Shown here piece by piece: positions 1 to 13,600 of a stretch of 64,000 nt of DNA. Position 1 is the stretch's first letter, and each line of letters opens with the position of its first letter. The notes under the pieces were generated by a model, which saw only the letters and a program-made list of their open reading frames with translations, was not told the origin of the DNA and ran no database searches. The DNA is from Lepidodermella squamata (lineage: Eukaryota; Animalia; Gastrotricha), in the NCBI GenBank assembly GCA_047495785.1, contig JBLDXI010000020.1:2294001-2358000 (forward strand). The letters run 5' to 3'. The translations under genes were made by a program, and so were the position numbers.

Positions 1-1233
1 GCCACTACCTGAACACTAAACGGACTGAGTTGCCGTTAGCGATGGTCATTGCTACCGAAAGTACCGCTCGCTGCGATGATTTCGACCATTGGGAAACGAT
101 TTCTGCGATCGATGATGATGCTTTCATTTGAGTTTTTTCATGTTTTCGCAACCGATTCTGATCTTTTCCGACTAGCGGAGTCAGATCGGTGGTTCCTAGA
201 CGGCACTTTTAAGGTGGTTCTTAATAAACTCGGGTTTTATCAATTATTTACGATTCACGTCATTTTCTCAAGAAGGAGATTCGCGACCTGGTTAACCGCT
301 GAGAGTTGCTAAGATCACCTGCGATTTTGAAACCGGCCTTCTTGCAGCTATCAGAGCCAAATTCGTGGACGTCGCGATAAAAGGCTGTTTATTTCACTTC
401 AAACAGTGCTTGCTTCGATGGGTAAACAACCACGGCTTGAAGACAGAGTATGGGGTAAATGGCTCTTTAGTTCGGCGAGTTGTTAGGCGCACTATGTGTC
501 TCGCCTTGCTTCCCCAGAACTTGTTCCGGCTTTTGAGCAGATCAAGTTGATGGTTCCTGCCAATGCTGATCCGAACCTGAAACTGTTTCTAAGGTATTTT
601 GAAGACTTCTGGATTGAGAAAATTTGCATCGCTGTCTGGAACGTTCATCGGGAAGATATTCGAACGAATAACTTCGTCGAAGGTACAAGATTTTTTTGCT
701 ACATTTTCGCCTACTAATTTGAAAATTCCCAAGGTTGGAACTACCGTATTCAGAAGCTGGCTAATGGCATTCACCTCGGCATTTGGCGCCTATCAGAACT
801 CCTCATTCGTGAGGAGCAAATCACCCGAGCGAACCTATCCAAACCGCCGAAAGTCCGTCGCCGCCTAGCTTACATTCGTGTTCACGACCGCCTTAACAGC
901 TTATTCGATCAACTAGATTCGGGCGAATTAGGCTTCATGGCCTTTCTCGATTCTACGAGCTACAGCATGGCCGACATCAAGGAGGTCCTACCCGACTCGG
1001 AAGAAGATTGGGACATCGCCGCTGCTCGGGTGCAGGCTGCAATGGCCGATGATGGCTGGGTTGAGGCGATCGAAGAAGTCGAAGCCGCTTTTGCTGCTAA
1101 TTAACCATATTTTACATATTAGTTGACTAATTAGTAATTAATCACTGATACATTTCAAGGTAATAGCGATGGCAATAAAAATGTGCGGAACTTGGGTTGT
1201 GCGGAAGTACCTGTGCGGAAGTACCTTGACACC
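1..1233 (+). mobile_element. Mutator-like (MULE) transposon, 3' part, with disrupted spliced transposase
   Basis: MULE motifs in order: WFLDGTFK..FYQLFTIH, CDFE, GCLFHFKQC, and RTNNFVEG|WNYRI across a GT-AG intron at 683-733. Frameshifts and stops are present. Subterminal GTGCGGAAGTACC-like repeats at 1183-1225 end at GACACC (1233). Confidence 0.85.
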
Positions 1234-1445
1234 GATGAAAAGTAAAAAGTGGATTTTGGCAAATTTTCTGAATTTTCCGTAATCTCGAAATCTCGATCGA
1301 TGCTTAGCCATTCCCATTTGCCGAAAAATTGTCAAGTAAATTTTTATTTCCAAGCCTTATAGGCTCAAATGATCTTCCTTAAAGACAGAAAACGTCTTGC
1401 CACTTTTGGTAAGATGTGGGACAGTTCCATCGAAATTTTTGAATA

Positions 1446-1884
1446 CCGTAATTCTCAGTATAAAGGCCGCGGCGAGTAATTTTCCTGTTTTTCGAGAAAT
1501 GGGTCAAAATTGCGGCGATTAATCGGGTGCGGTCTTTATTCGAGTGCGGCCCTTATTTTTTCCAAGTTTTGATTTTAATAAGCAGCATGGTATTTCCCCT
1601 AAAACTTAGCTTGCAGGCGTATGCATTAAACAAGGATCACATGATATTTGGTCACTTTCCGACTCATCTAAGGTGAATTTAATCTGTTCGCATACTTGAG
1701 GGTGTCTGGAGTCTATAAAGGATGTCAGCGGGCCGCTTAAGATCACTGAGAGCTAATCGCTTGAACCGTGCGGTGATTAAACATCCATTTATTAACATCC
1801 AAAGTTGGTTTTAAGGGTGATTTTGCGGCGATTATTCAGGTGCGGCCTTTATTCGGGTAGCGGCCTTTATACTGAAAATTACGG
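1446..1884. mobile_element. Tc2/pogo-type MITE
   Basis: TIRs CCGTAATTCTCAGTATAAAGGCCGC and GCGGCCTTTATACTGAAAATTACGG, TA on both flanks, internal TGCGGCC repeats. Confidence 0.85.
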
Positions 1885-2645
1885 TATATAATGAGATTGC
1901 CCCAAAAATCGAATAAAAATTGGGGGAGAATATAAATAAAGAGGCCTCTTGGACCCAGGGTGACGTCACGGTTCTTGTAAGTGTTCTGCAACAGCCATTC
2001 CAATGAGAAAGATTCATTCATGGGCATATTAAACAACAACGACCCTTCCGACTCTCAAAGATTGAAATTTAGCGATTCAAAGATTGAAATTTGGCGATGG
2101 AATAGTTCAACTCCGGACCGGGAGCGTGACCGCAAGCAAATACTGTCGAAAATGAACCGTATGGGAATCGCTCAAGTCAGCGAATGTAATGCTAAAACAT
2201 ATATTTCGGGGACCGTGGAAATTTGTACTCTCTCCCTCTTTGCCGAGTTGGTCCCGCAATATGAGCCCTTCCTATCGATAGCGTCGATGATATCGGTGAG
2301 GCTCAAAATGTACCACTAAATCTATCTTGTCGTAAAATCCATGTCGATCCTATTCACGAATTACAGATGGACGTCCTAGCTATGAAGAAGACGACTTGGG
2401 AGGCTGCAAATTTGTAAAAAGACGTGCACTATGCAAGATTTCAATTTTTCAATTTTCGTTGGTTTGAAGCCTATCCACTTTAACATTCGCAGCAGACAAC
2501 TATTAGCCTCGCAAAGATATCCACTGAATTCTACCTCATATGTTAAAACTTTGTTAAACCCATCTCTTCACTTATCAATAGTCGATTAAAAATTAGTGAA
2601 TTTCGGCAAAATGTTCATGTTCGGGTTTTCAGCTGTGATACTTAC

Positions 2646-4177
2646 CCGATTCCTTTGGCGAGTTGAGCCAGGTCGCGAGTAAATAGCGAATAGAACAAAC
2701 TGTCGGATGGTGATAAGGCAGGCGAGGGGCCGAAATAGTAACTTAAGCACCACTGAAGTAAAAATACAGTAAAAACTATCGATTAATGGCTAATACACGC
2801 CATACCTTTGCGTGCTTCGTCAAATCATTAGCACTCTGCGGCGTTTTAGTCGTCGGCGTCCTCACAGCTGTCGTTTCGCCGCTACTACACGTGACGAACG
2901 GGTCGATGTAGAGAAGACGCGGCACCAACAACTGGTACCAGGCGTCGCAGTGCGGCTTCAAATCAGCGAAGGCCGATTCTCTTCCGGCGAGTAGTTCAAC
3001 GACAACAAGCAGCCGAGCCGCCCAGTCGCCACTCGATTTTTCGCCATTCGACGACATTCTCTGCGCGATAACTCTCGCTGCGTCCGTTAAGCTGTGCCAC
3101 TGGTTTTGCAGGGCCGTGAAAACCGACCGGGATTGAGTGCCAAATGTTGGCGACATGACTGCCGACGCGTTTTGAGCGTCGTTTTCTTCGGCTAGACCGG
3201 CTAAATCGGCGTGAAGGCGAGCGAAAGCTTCGACTAGCTCGACCGCAGCGCCGAAATCCGGCAAGTGACTAGACTCATGAAGTCTCAGTAAATGAACAGC
3301 TCCATACAGATCGCCAACAATGAGCAAAGAGTATACCTTGAAGCATAAAATATGAATCAAAATGAAAATGAACACGAAATTCGAAACTAACAGCTGGCCA
3401 GAAGTGTTCGCACCGATTCGGCGGGGTTACTTTGAGGCAAGCATCACGAAGCTGATCTCCGCATGGCTGGCGCATTTTGATCCATTCGGCAAGCTCATAA
3501 CACAGCCCAGAGCTATTGCCTTGAGGCCGGCTACAGCCGCCAAAAATGACAAACGATGATAACGATAGGAACATTTCAAAAACTTTGAGCTCAGTGCAGA
3601 ACTGTTGATCGCGTTCATCGGCAATATTTTCTGGAAAAAGGCCGTTATTTTCTCAATTTATTCAACGGGGATAAAGATTACCGATTTTTTCTAGTAGCAC
3701 AGTTTGTAAGAGCTCAGAGTATAGCAGACACATTTTCTTGGCTTCATTTGGCGCTATAGCTCTAAATATAAAATTAGACCGCCATAATATACCTACTGCA
3801 ATCTCACAAACCGGTCAGGTTTTACGTCTTCATTCATTTGAATTTGACTGTGAAAATTCGTGAAAAATTCTGCAAAAAAGCGACACTTGAAAACTCCTCC
3901 TTTGAATACAACAAAATTCTACCTACTGTAAGATTCGCAGACTAATCGCCGATATTCCGTGATGTTAGTTTCAGCCAGCGTTTTATCAGTCAGCGATATT
4001 TCCCCCAAAACAGGAACAGCCGAACGATTGCCTGAATGATGATGACCAATAAATTAAATTCAACCGACCGATCCCGCAAAATTACCAACCAGTTCTTCTA
4101 GCTTTAGGGTCGTTGCCAAAAATGACACAGTCCAGGTCGTCCCAGCGGACAAAAGGCTTTGCCGTTCCGACGTTCAT
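2646..4177 (-). CDS. NUP85: Nucleoporin Nup85, 5' portion; the remainder was not found and probably lies beyond the left edge
   Basis: Spliced frame MNVGTAKPFVRW...YRRLVCES...LAEWIK...EHFWPAVYSLLIVGDL..A..LL...HCDAWYQLLVPRLLY...SLFYSLFTRDL, with short GT-AG introns. Last donor G|GTAAGT at 2645. Confidence 0.8.
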
Positions 4178-4671
4178 CTCGATTTTAATTCTCAAAAATT
4201 CTACGTTAAGGCAACAAAATTGAGGAATTCGTACAAAAACCGCGAAGCAAACAAATGTATTCACCAATTATTATCAACTATTTTTTGTACAAATTATCAA
4301 TTTTTAATTAAAAGAGTTGCTAAAAACATGGCAGAAATGATCAATACAGAAATGTAAAACGGAAGTTCGATGAGCAGCAATAGAATGACCGAAATTTGAT
4401 TGAGCAGTGATTAAAAAAACAACCGGCAATTTTCTTTCTTCAGTTAAACACGGGTATAAAACGCCAACAAAAATCGCCGGGTGAACAGGTAGCGAGATGA
4501 GTTATCCAGAAAAAACGATGAGCTAAAAAATTCAGGCTTGATTTTCATTTTGTTGAGACAGAGAACAATATCGGCAGTTTGAGAAAAGTTTAGCTTAAAA
4601 AAATCACCTGTGTAGGAAAACAAGCACGCTTACTCGCATAAATAATAGACAACTTCATAAATGTACAAAAT

Positions 4672-7600
4672 TTACAAATCTAGTTGATACGGATGCCGTT
4701 TTCGACGATTCACTTCAAATCTCGGCCTCAATTGCGGTTGTTGGGCGCCTGGTATCGAAAACGGAGCCGCTCCTCCACCAGGTCGAGGTTGGCTTCGACT
4801 ACAAGTTGCGTGATGGCTGTGAAGAGCTGCCAGTTTCTTCAGCGCCTCTTGAATGCTGGTTGTGATCTCGCGCAATGCCTGCTCTTGCTTAGCTCCTTTT
4901 TGCTTGAAATTGTCCAAATCGCTCAAGACCTGAATCTGCCGACCCCTCAGCCGGCTTAATTCAGTCGCTAAAGACGCAGCGCGGGCCGCTAGTTTACTCG
5001 CAACACCCTGCGATGCGTTGAAAGACGGCCCCAACTCGCCGGGTTTTCCGACTTTCAAGCGAGTTGCCAGTTCATTAAGGCGGGTTTTGTACTCCGTCAT
5101 ATTCGCATGGGCCGTTTGATTGCGCCGATTTGCATTCGCAGACTGGGTGTCAAGCCGGGTAATCGAATTCACAGCGGCAACATATTCGCCATGCAACTGG
5201 GTCGCCTCCGCCTTCGATGCATCAACCTTGCGCTCAATTTCTGAATTGCGATCATTGATATCGGCCAAACCTGAAGTTTGAAGCGGTTTCAACGTCTCGC
5301 GAGCACTTGCTAGGGTGATCAAACTGTTGTCGATATCACTTTCCATATCAATTTGCGCCTTCTCAGTGTTAACCATCTGATCAGCTAGACTGTTGTACAG
5401 ACCCGAAACTGAGTTCGTGTCATTTTCCAGTGCTTCAGCTAGCAGTTTCAGTTTCTCAGCGGTTTCAAGATGTGGCTCTGTCTCGGCCAACATTCTAGAG
5501 ATATCAGTGTCAGACGTTATCGTTTTCGCTGCTTGGGTCAGGTTTGAGATCAGCGCGTTCAATTCGTTATCCTCAACCACCATCTTGATCTCGTCGAGTT
5601 TGCTAACAATCATTTGCAGGTCTTCAGCCCGAGCTCCACACTGCAAGTCCTCGCGTTCGGCCTTACTGCATTGAAGCAGTAAGGTGGCTTCCTTCAAAAT
5701 CGCCGAAACGTCCGATTTCGACTGATTTAATTTCCCACAGACTTGCTGGCCAAGGGCAAGGTAATTCGTGGCGGCTGTACTCATTTCGGACAATCGGCCG
5801 ACTTGCGTGTTGAGGACAGTCAAACGGCCGTCTGCCTCGGAATTTCGCTGCTGAATCAAATTCCTAGCGTCTTGCAGTGCGGTCTGCGCGTTTTTCATGT
5901 ACAAACTGCATTGCTGCGACTCGCCGAGACACAACTTGCTCGAGGCGTTGCCTAGATTTTGCTCGAAATTAGCAACGTCCTTTGACAACGAGTCAATATC
6001 GTTAGACAGCGACTGGGCGTTGTCGACAAGACGCGACTGGCTTTGAGAGAACCAGTCTTCCAACGGAATGCGCTTGTTCCTAGCTTGATCTTCGCGACGA
6101 TTCTTCAACTGGTTGATAGCATCGGCGTCCTTTTTCGCCAGATCAGCCTCTTCAGCGATGGTTCGATTCGCACCAGCGTCGGCGGCGTCGAAAATTTTAG
6201 TCGCGTTCAATTTGTAACTTTTGGCCTCTGACTGCATATTTTCAATCCGAGCAGCTATTTCCGTGACAGTCCGGCCCCAAACGTCGAGTTCACCGAGCAA
6301 CGTCGTCTCTTGCTTACCGACGAGACACAATTTCAGGACAGTAAGCTGCTTCGCGGGGGCGACAGTGCTGGTACTGGGCAACAACGGGTCTTCTTCATCA
6401 TCGCTATCGTCACACCCATCTCCATTCATCAATTCCCCAGCCATAGCTCCGATCCTTTTTCGAAGAGATGCGTAGTCGTTTTTGAGAACAGGCCATGCTG
6501 AAATCGCTTTCTCCGCGTTTGAAATAGCATTTTCAGCCCCGGAAAATTCGGCGGCAAAAGCTGTGCTAACGCCAGTACGGCGGACTCGTTCGGCTTCGAC
6601 GTACAAATTCGAAGCGTTGCCTTTTAATTGGCTGAGAGATGCGTCCCAGTTGTCGAAACACTCGCCACACGGCTTGCAATCGCTCGGGTTGTCGCCGGTA
6701 GTGCCGCGGGCACAACGATCGCATCGACGGCCGGTGATTCCGGGTCGGCATTGACACTGACCGGTCTGTTTTTCGCAGAACGTATTCGCTATGGTTCCGG
6801 CCGGGTCGCAATCGCAATCGACGCATTCATTCGCATGCGGATTTCCCCACTAAAAACGAGAAAAAATTCATTAACTAAAAACTTGATAAATCACGAGCCT
6901 TGAGAAACAATTTTGAAAGTCAATTTTGAGAAAGATACCCAGCTGATCTGAATATAAATACTCATTTCAATCACTAAAATTGACTGCGCTAAATTTGTCA
7001 GATTATTTGCGATTTAGAATTCACTCCTACAAGCAGAAAATCACGAATATCACTTAAATTACACTTAAATTACACCAGAGGTTGTGGTTTAGCCGAGATC
7101 GGTACGGCATTGTGAAATGTTCTTTACGGGTTGGATGAGCCAAGTTTTGAAGAAGTCGCAGTTTGGGCAGATAATTGTGGGGCACCAAATAAAAACAAGC
7201 AGACTGGTCACGATTCTCAATGCCCTTCGACAGATTTTGATGTGGAGCATAGCTCAATCAAGAGGGCGATCAATTTCAAGGAACTCTGGTAAACTCAACC
7301 AGTCGAGACGGTTCCGCGAGGAAATACGAATTTGAAATATAGAATTGGCAGGAGTCGTTCGACATGAAAAATCTGGCCGAACAGCCCAGCATAGGTGGTC
7401 ATTCGAAAAGAGTTGATGTATGTGCTTGTAAGGCTAAAACTGGAGATTTGTTTAATTTTAATGTAAAACCCGTATGGCGTTTTGCGTCTGTCACATTCTT
7501 CGAAAATTCTGCATCGAACAGTCAAAATTCGGGCGTTAGGCGATCAACAATTGATTTTATATCGAATATAAAGTCACGCAAACTCAAAAAAACGCGATGA

Positions 7601-10600
7601 CGTAGTAGAATCCGAATTCCTTTAAACTATTTCGAAATTTATTGGAAATTTACCAAAATATATCATAAAATGATGATACACGCGTGGGCGACCTGACCAT
7701 TATTTGGCCGTCTTGCGCTTCGTTATTTAAGTAACAAGCTCAGCTTATAGTCAGCTCAGCTTAAAGTCAGCTCAGCTAAACCATGAACAAGCTCAGCTAA
7801 TTCAGCTCAGCGTAATGAATAACCAGCTCAGCTCAGCTTGTCAGCTTAGATTCATAATGTCATTAATAAGCTCAGCTGACAAGCTGAACTTGCGATCGGA
7901 GACAAACCAGCTCAGCGTACAAGCTCAGTCTGTTCAACTATAACCAATTTTCAGAAGCTGAGCTTGATACTTAAATAACGAAGTGTCAGAGGGCATTATT
8001 TGAGGCCTGACCTTTATTATTTCGAATGACCCTTGGACCCCGTCTTATATTTGAGGCCGACTCTTATACGAGGCTGACTAACTTTTCGGGCAGTACGGCA
8101 CCTTCAAACTTTTAGAAATTTAGAAATTTCGCGTGATTTTTTCGGGAAAATATGGAAGCGGGGTGGCGATGTGAAATTTTAGAAAATATTCGGCAAATAC
8201 AGAATGATATAATAGTTCTTGGGCTATAGAATTGAGCTCTGGGTCATCGCTAAACTAAGAGACAGCCTATTTCTTTTCTACCAAATTTGCCCAGGAAGCA
8301 TTTTTAGATGTGCTGGAGAGGCAACCCAGAAATGCCGAAGTAGCTGTCGAATGTAGGAGGTGTCCGAAATTAGGGACTACTCTAGCATGGGTTAATCTTT
8401 TTTCATCTTGCCAAACATCGTTTTCCATCTTGCCACGTGTTTCAATTGCTTTCTTGCGGTCACTACGAAATCGTCACTAGCCTACCACCCAAGGGGTCGG
8501 TCATCGTGTCCTCGCTTAGGGAGAAAATCTATCTCTCGATTCGGTTCCTCAAGCCAAGGCCATCCGTGGACCGTGGATCAAAGCCTAATCTTTGGGAACT
8601 TCGAATCGACCAGGGATAGCACGGCCGCCAGGTATCGCACGAGGCAATCATTGTCGCGTATGGAAGAGCAGACGTAGGCGTGAAGACCGTGGCCGTCGTG
8701 CTACTAATGGTTGCTGAAAATTTCCCGAGGATTTAGACTGACAGGAAACCATCGAAGGAATATGGCCCGATTGAAAAATGTGTTAAATTTACTTGGTATA
8801 TTGATAAATATGTTGGCAATTGGCAAGATAAAAAAGATTTATCGCAAATTTACACTAGGTTTAATAATTTAATGATTTTCCAGAACAAAATTTTGGTTAG
8901 ATAGAAAAAGATGTTTGGCAAGATGAAAAAAGACACAGCCTCTAGCATCAAGCAAATGAGGAGATAAACAGAATTAGTGCGCGAAGTTCGGGCACGAATT
9001 CGGCGATGGCCGCGGTATGGCCAAACACAAATGTGGCAAAAACTGCAAGCCCAAGTCGACCAAAAAGCGACCGATTAGTAATTTTGTTACGACTGGTTCT
9101 GGGTAAACTTGAATAAAATCTTCGGATTAGGAAGTAGATTGGACAGAAATGCGTGCGTAACGGCTCAATTTCATTTTGGAGAGGGTATTACACGTAAACT
9201 TACAATGGGAGGGCTGAAGACGCCGATTCCGTTTACCGTTTTTTGCCAATAAGCCGCGAGGTAAAAATTAAGATAAAAACAGAACAAGCAATTTATGAAA
9301 TTTCGCTTTCCCATTTTTAGGTCGCGACTGCCGCGAAGAATGTTAATGACAAACTAATAGGTAATTTTGCGCACAAAATATTAGAACTGCTTCAAGATTG
9401 GACAGAAAAAACGGAAATGATATGATCGAGTACGCACTAAAAATTTGCCTCGAAAGAATCAGCAAACGTCTACGCGTCTTTGAGAGTCGTAAATTGACAA
9501 AATTAGAACGCAAAATATGTCAAACAATATTATTCAAAAAAATTGAATAATCCTCATGCACCGAATGGTTCAGCATCATCCAGGTGGCAAATTTCGAGAC
9601 GACTTTGGGATCACATAATATACTGACCAAGAAATAAAAAAATCAGTGTTTGTCACGATAACTGTTGCTATCGGCGATCGATAACTTGGCTACTCGCGCC
9701 TTTGAATTCACAAGCTATTTGTGAAAGGCTAAATTATGGATTTCATAACTCTAAAAATTAATATAAGATCAACCACTCATATAAATTCGTAACCTTTATT
9801 CCATTTGATGCAGAATTTTCAGCTCTTGTTTTGTATGTCTCCTGTTATATCTTATTTTGAGGGCCTAAAACAGCGGTTCCCAAACTTTTTGTCTCGTATG
9901 ACACAGCAGTGCCCTATGAGAATGGGTCGTAGGACACCTTAGTAAAATGGCTATAATTTGGCTGGGAATGGGTACAATTTTTTGAGCTAAAAATTGATTG
10001 CTAGTTCTAATTGGTTTTTGATGACAACCTAGCTCGAAATTGATAAAATTTGTGCTTATTTGAGTGAACGCAAGCAACAGGTTGTTGTTAACAATAATCG
10101 TAGCCGACCTGCTAAAGTTCTGAGTGGTGTGCCTCAAGGCTCGGTCTTAGGACCATTATTATTCTTAATTTATATTAATGACATTGTGCTTAATCTTCCG
10201 AGTGGTGTCCGTATTAAATTATTCGCAGATGACTGTAAAATTTATATCGTTTTCTCGCTTGATAGCCTTGTAAATATCTTCAACTTAGAAACTGCTCTTG
10301 AAAATATATTCTCTTGGATAAACACTTGGCAACTTAAACTTTCCGTTGATAAATGCGCTGTCTTACATCTCGGATCTAAAAATCCTCGTTACAATTATTC
10401 TCTAGGTGGAAATATGCTTATTAAATGCACTAATTATAAAGACCTTGGCTTGTTAGTCGATGAGAACCTATCTTTCAAGTACCACTGTAATACTGCAATT
10501 GACAAAGCCTATCACCGAACTAATGTTATTCTGAGAGCCTTTAAAGGCCAAGATCCTATGACGTTAAAATGGGCTTATTGTGTCTATGTGCGTCCTCTTT

Positions 10601-13600
10601 TAGAATATGCGATTAGTGTGTGGTCGCCAGCCCAAATTGGTGATCTCCGCTCGATCGAAAATGTCCAGAAATATTTTACACGACGTGCCTTAGGCTACTC
10701 CGATCTTGATACTAATCGTCCAAATCACGAAGCAAGGCTAAAAATGCTAAACATGCAGTCACTAGAAATCCGACGCCTTCAAATAGACCTTTGTTATGTG
10801 TTTAAAATAATGAATGGATCAATTAATACCAGCCTGATAAATAATATAATTATGAAGTCTTCTATTACCCGAGGTCACCCATTTCGTTTCGATGTTGCTC
10901 ATCCTGATGGTTCTTTTAAATATGCTACTTCTGTTCCCTTTCACAATTTTTTCCTTAATAGAATTGTGAATGTTTGGAATGACTTACCTCATGACGTTTT
11001 TGCAATTGACAAAACGCTTCCTCTTAATGTACAGAATGAGTTATTCAGAAAAAAGCTTATGTCTAAAGATTTAACGCGATTCCTTCAACATAAATTGTGC
11101 TGGGGCCGAAGTAAGTGGTCTGCTGACCCTTTCTGTCCTCAAACTTGATTTTAAAAATAAAATTATTATTATTATTATTATTATTATAAAATCCCAGGTG
11201 AAATTGAAACTAAACGCGAGCGAAGCGAGGAAAATGTTAGAAGTCGACACTGAAAAACGACGCATAACATCTTAAAAATGAGGCAATGCCTCGGGATTTT
11301 CCCAGAAATGAAATTTCGATTAATCATGTCGCCAGTTACATTCTGTAACGTGCTTAAATAACAAGGTCGGTTTCAAAAATGGATTATATAATTTAATATC
11401 GTCTCTCAATCAAATTACTGAAAATTTTAATGCCTCTCGAAATAAGGCACAAAATAAATGAAATGTTTTATCATTCACTCTAAAACACGATCGATGAAAC
11501 TGTAAAAAATGCAAAAGCAAGCTAATCATGGGTCGGGGCGCAAATGTCAGAGCGCATACTGTATGGGCGCAAAAGTCGGGGCGCAAATGTCAAGGCGTAA
11601 ATTTATGGGCGCCGTAGTCAGAGCGCATTTTTGTGGGCGCAAACACGCTGGGCGCAAAATACTGGGCGCATGTCACCATAAACCACCATCATTTACCATT
11701 CGAATAGTGAAGTGTAAAAGCGGCTAATGGTTTTCGCTCGCTGAACGTTCTGAGCATTAAAATTTGGTAAATGATGGAAAAATACCTTGATTTTTATCGG
11801 GAGGGTGATAGCTGGAGCTTTTAATTCAAAATTCATTCAGATCGAGGAGTGATTGATTGCAAACTTTCTCAGCATTTATACTTTATGCCGATAAAGTCGC
11901 GGCGACACTGTGGAGGTCAAGATTCTAGATTGTTCTCTTTCGTTGTAAACCGAAATAACTGGTTGAAAATCACCTCTCCCTCAATAGGTTGCTTTGATTT
12001 GCCTGTTGGAGCGAAATTATATTAAAAAATGTTCCCAAGAAATCAAAATTGAAGAGAAACTGTTGGGCGTAAATTCCTAACAATTTGCCCCAATGTATTG
12101 CAATATTTGAAAATTTTCCCGAGGTTAATAAGCTTTCCGCGTTAGACTGCGATGAAAAGGAATAAAAGTTCAAGTTTCGTTGAAACACATTCAGTGTAAT
12201 TAAGAATGCACATTCAGTGACGCTGAGACTTTTTGAACACACCCATAGGACACCAGTGTCCTACACGCTTCTACAGGACACTTGAAAGTTGGCATAGTAT
12301 ACGAGTGTCCTATAGGACATGGTTTGGGAAACGCTGGCCGAAAACACGGTTTGGAAAACACGAATAATTATTTGTCCACGAAACTATTTCTACTGAGGGT
12401 AATTACGGTGCGCACCATCGCCTTAAACAGGGTCATGACCCAAAGACGAGAAGTAATACAAGTATTCATTACGAAATCGACCCTGTAGTCTCGCTCGGAA
12501 AAGGTTGTTATTTTCCTTTTTTATTTTGAAGTTCGGAGAGGAGCGAGCCAAAGTTCCCCTGGGCCAGGAGAGGCGTTTGATGTCCTCTACTAAAGCGGAG
12601 CTCGAAGGATGACAATATACACTCGGGTGACCCGCAGTTCGGTGATAAACTGATAAAATAACGATAAAACTCACAAATAACCACGATTTTGTAAATGTTA
12701 CTGGTCATTTGGCAATAGGTGCGAAAATTACGATTATCGAAAAATACTTCGAACTACGATAGATTTTGTAAAGCGCCTTACTCACAGCAATTTTTACTCA
12801 AGTGATGCATATTTTTGGATCAGGGAAATCCAACAAATTAAAATGGATAACGTACCTTTCCATCAGCACACTGATTGCATCGAAGACCACCGAATCCTTC
12901 CTTGCAGGTGCACACGCCTTCATCAGTACATTTCTCGCCCTCAGCGCCGACCGGATCGCATTGACACGGCAGACAGCCAGTACCTGTCGCTAGGCCGTAA
13001 TGCGCAGGTAGACACTGGTCACACTGGTCGCCGGTAACATTCGGCAGGCAACGACACCGACCGGTCAGCGTTTCACAAGAACACTGACCGTAGCCATCGC
13101 GCCATTCGCTTGCACTCGGGCAGTCGACGGTCACGTTGACACCGAGAACAAAACACAAACAGGGCTTGCAGCGATCGGCAGGCGATACGTTCGAATCGAC
13201 GGCATTTCCCCAGAAAAACTGCGCGCATTTCTCGCAGCGATCGCCGACGGTTGAATGAAGGCACTTCAAGCACTTGCCATTCGACGGATCACAATTACCC
13301 GGCTCGTTCAAATCAATGTGGTTGTTACAATCGCACGGACGGCACGCGTCTTCTGGGTTGGTGCTAGCTGGTTTTCCGTAGTAATTCGGCGCGCACTGGT
13401 CGCAATACTGACCCGAGTAGCCCTTGTGGCAATCACAGGCAAAATCTTGCGGCACGACACTGGTCGAAGAAGACCCGCCTGGCGAGTTGGTAACCAGCGA
13501 GCAAGAATCAGCGTGTTGCGGACCGTGGGGTGGTATCCCGGGGCAGTTACATTTCCGACACGGCGTATCCCAGCCCATTTCACGATATCGCAACGGGTCG

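Larger units (their letters stand above)
9871..12336. mobile_element. Non-autonomous hAT (Charlie-like) element hosting later insertions
   Basis: Termini CAGCGGTTCCCAAAC and GTTTGGGAAACGCTG. 8-bp TSD GCCTAAAA/GCCGAAAA with one mismatch. TAGGACAC subterminal motifs at both ends. Confidence 0.8.

Noticed and set aside
1981-2320. WYILSLTDIID on minus as the next NUP85 exon
   Set aside because: The phase does not match the upstream donor and the following sequence shows no Nup85-like character before a stop.
3995-4012. Possible slippery site or frameshift in NUP85 exon 2 (TTTTGGGGGAAA on minus)
   Set aside because: Using the phase-1 donor G|GTTGGT at 4089 keeps the frame open, so no recoding is needed.
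7054-7600. Short ORFs in the laminin intron, possibly Crypton or LINE relics
   Set aside because: No convincing ordered motifs were found.
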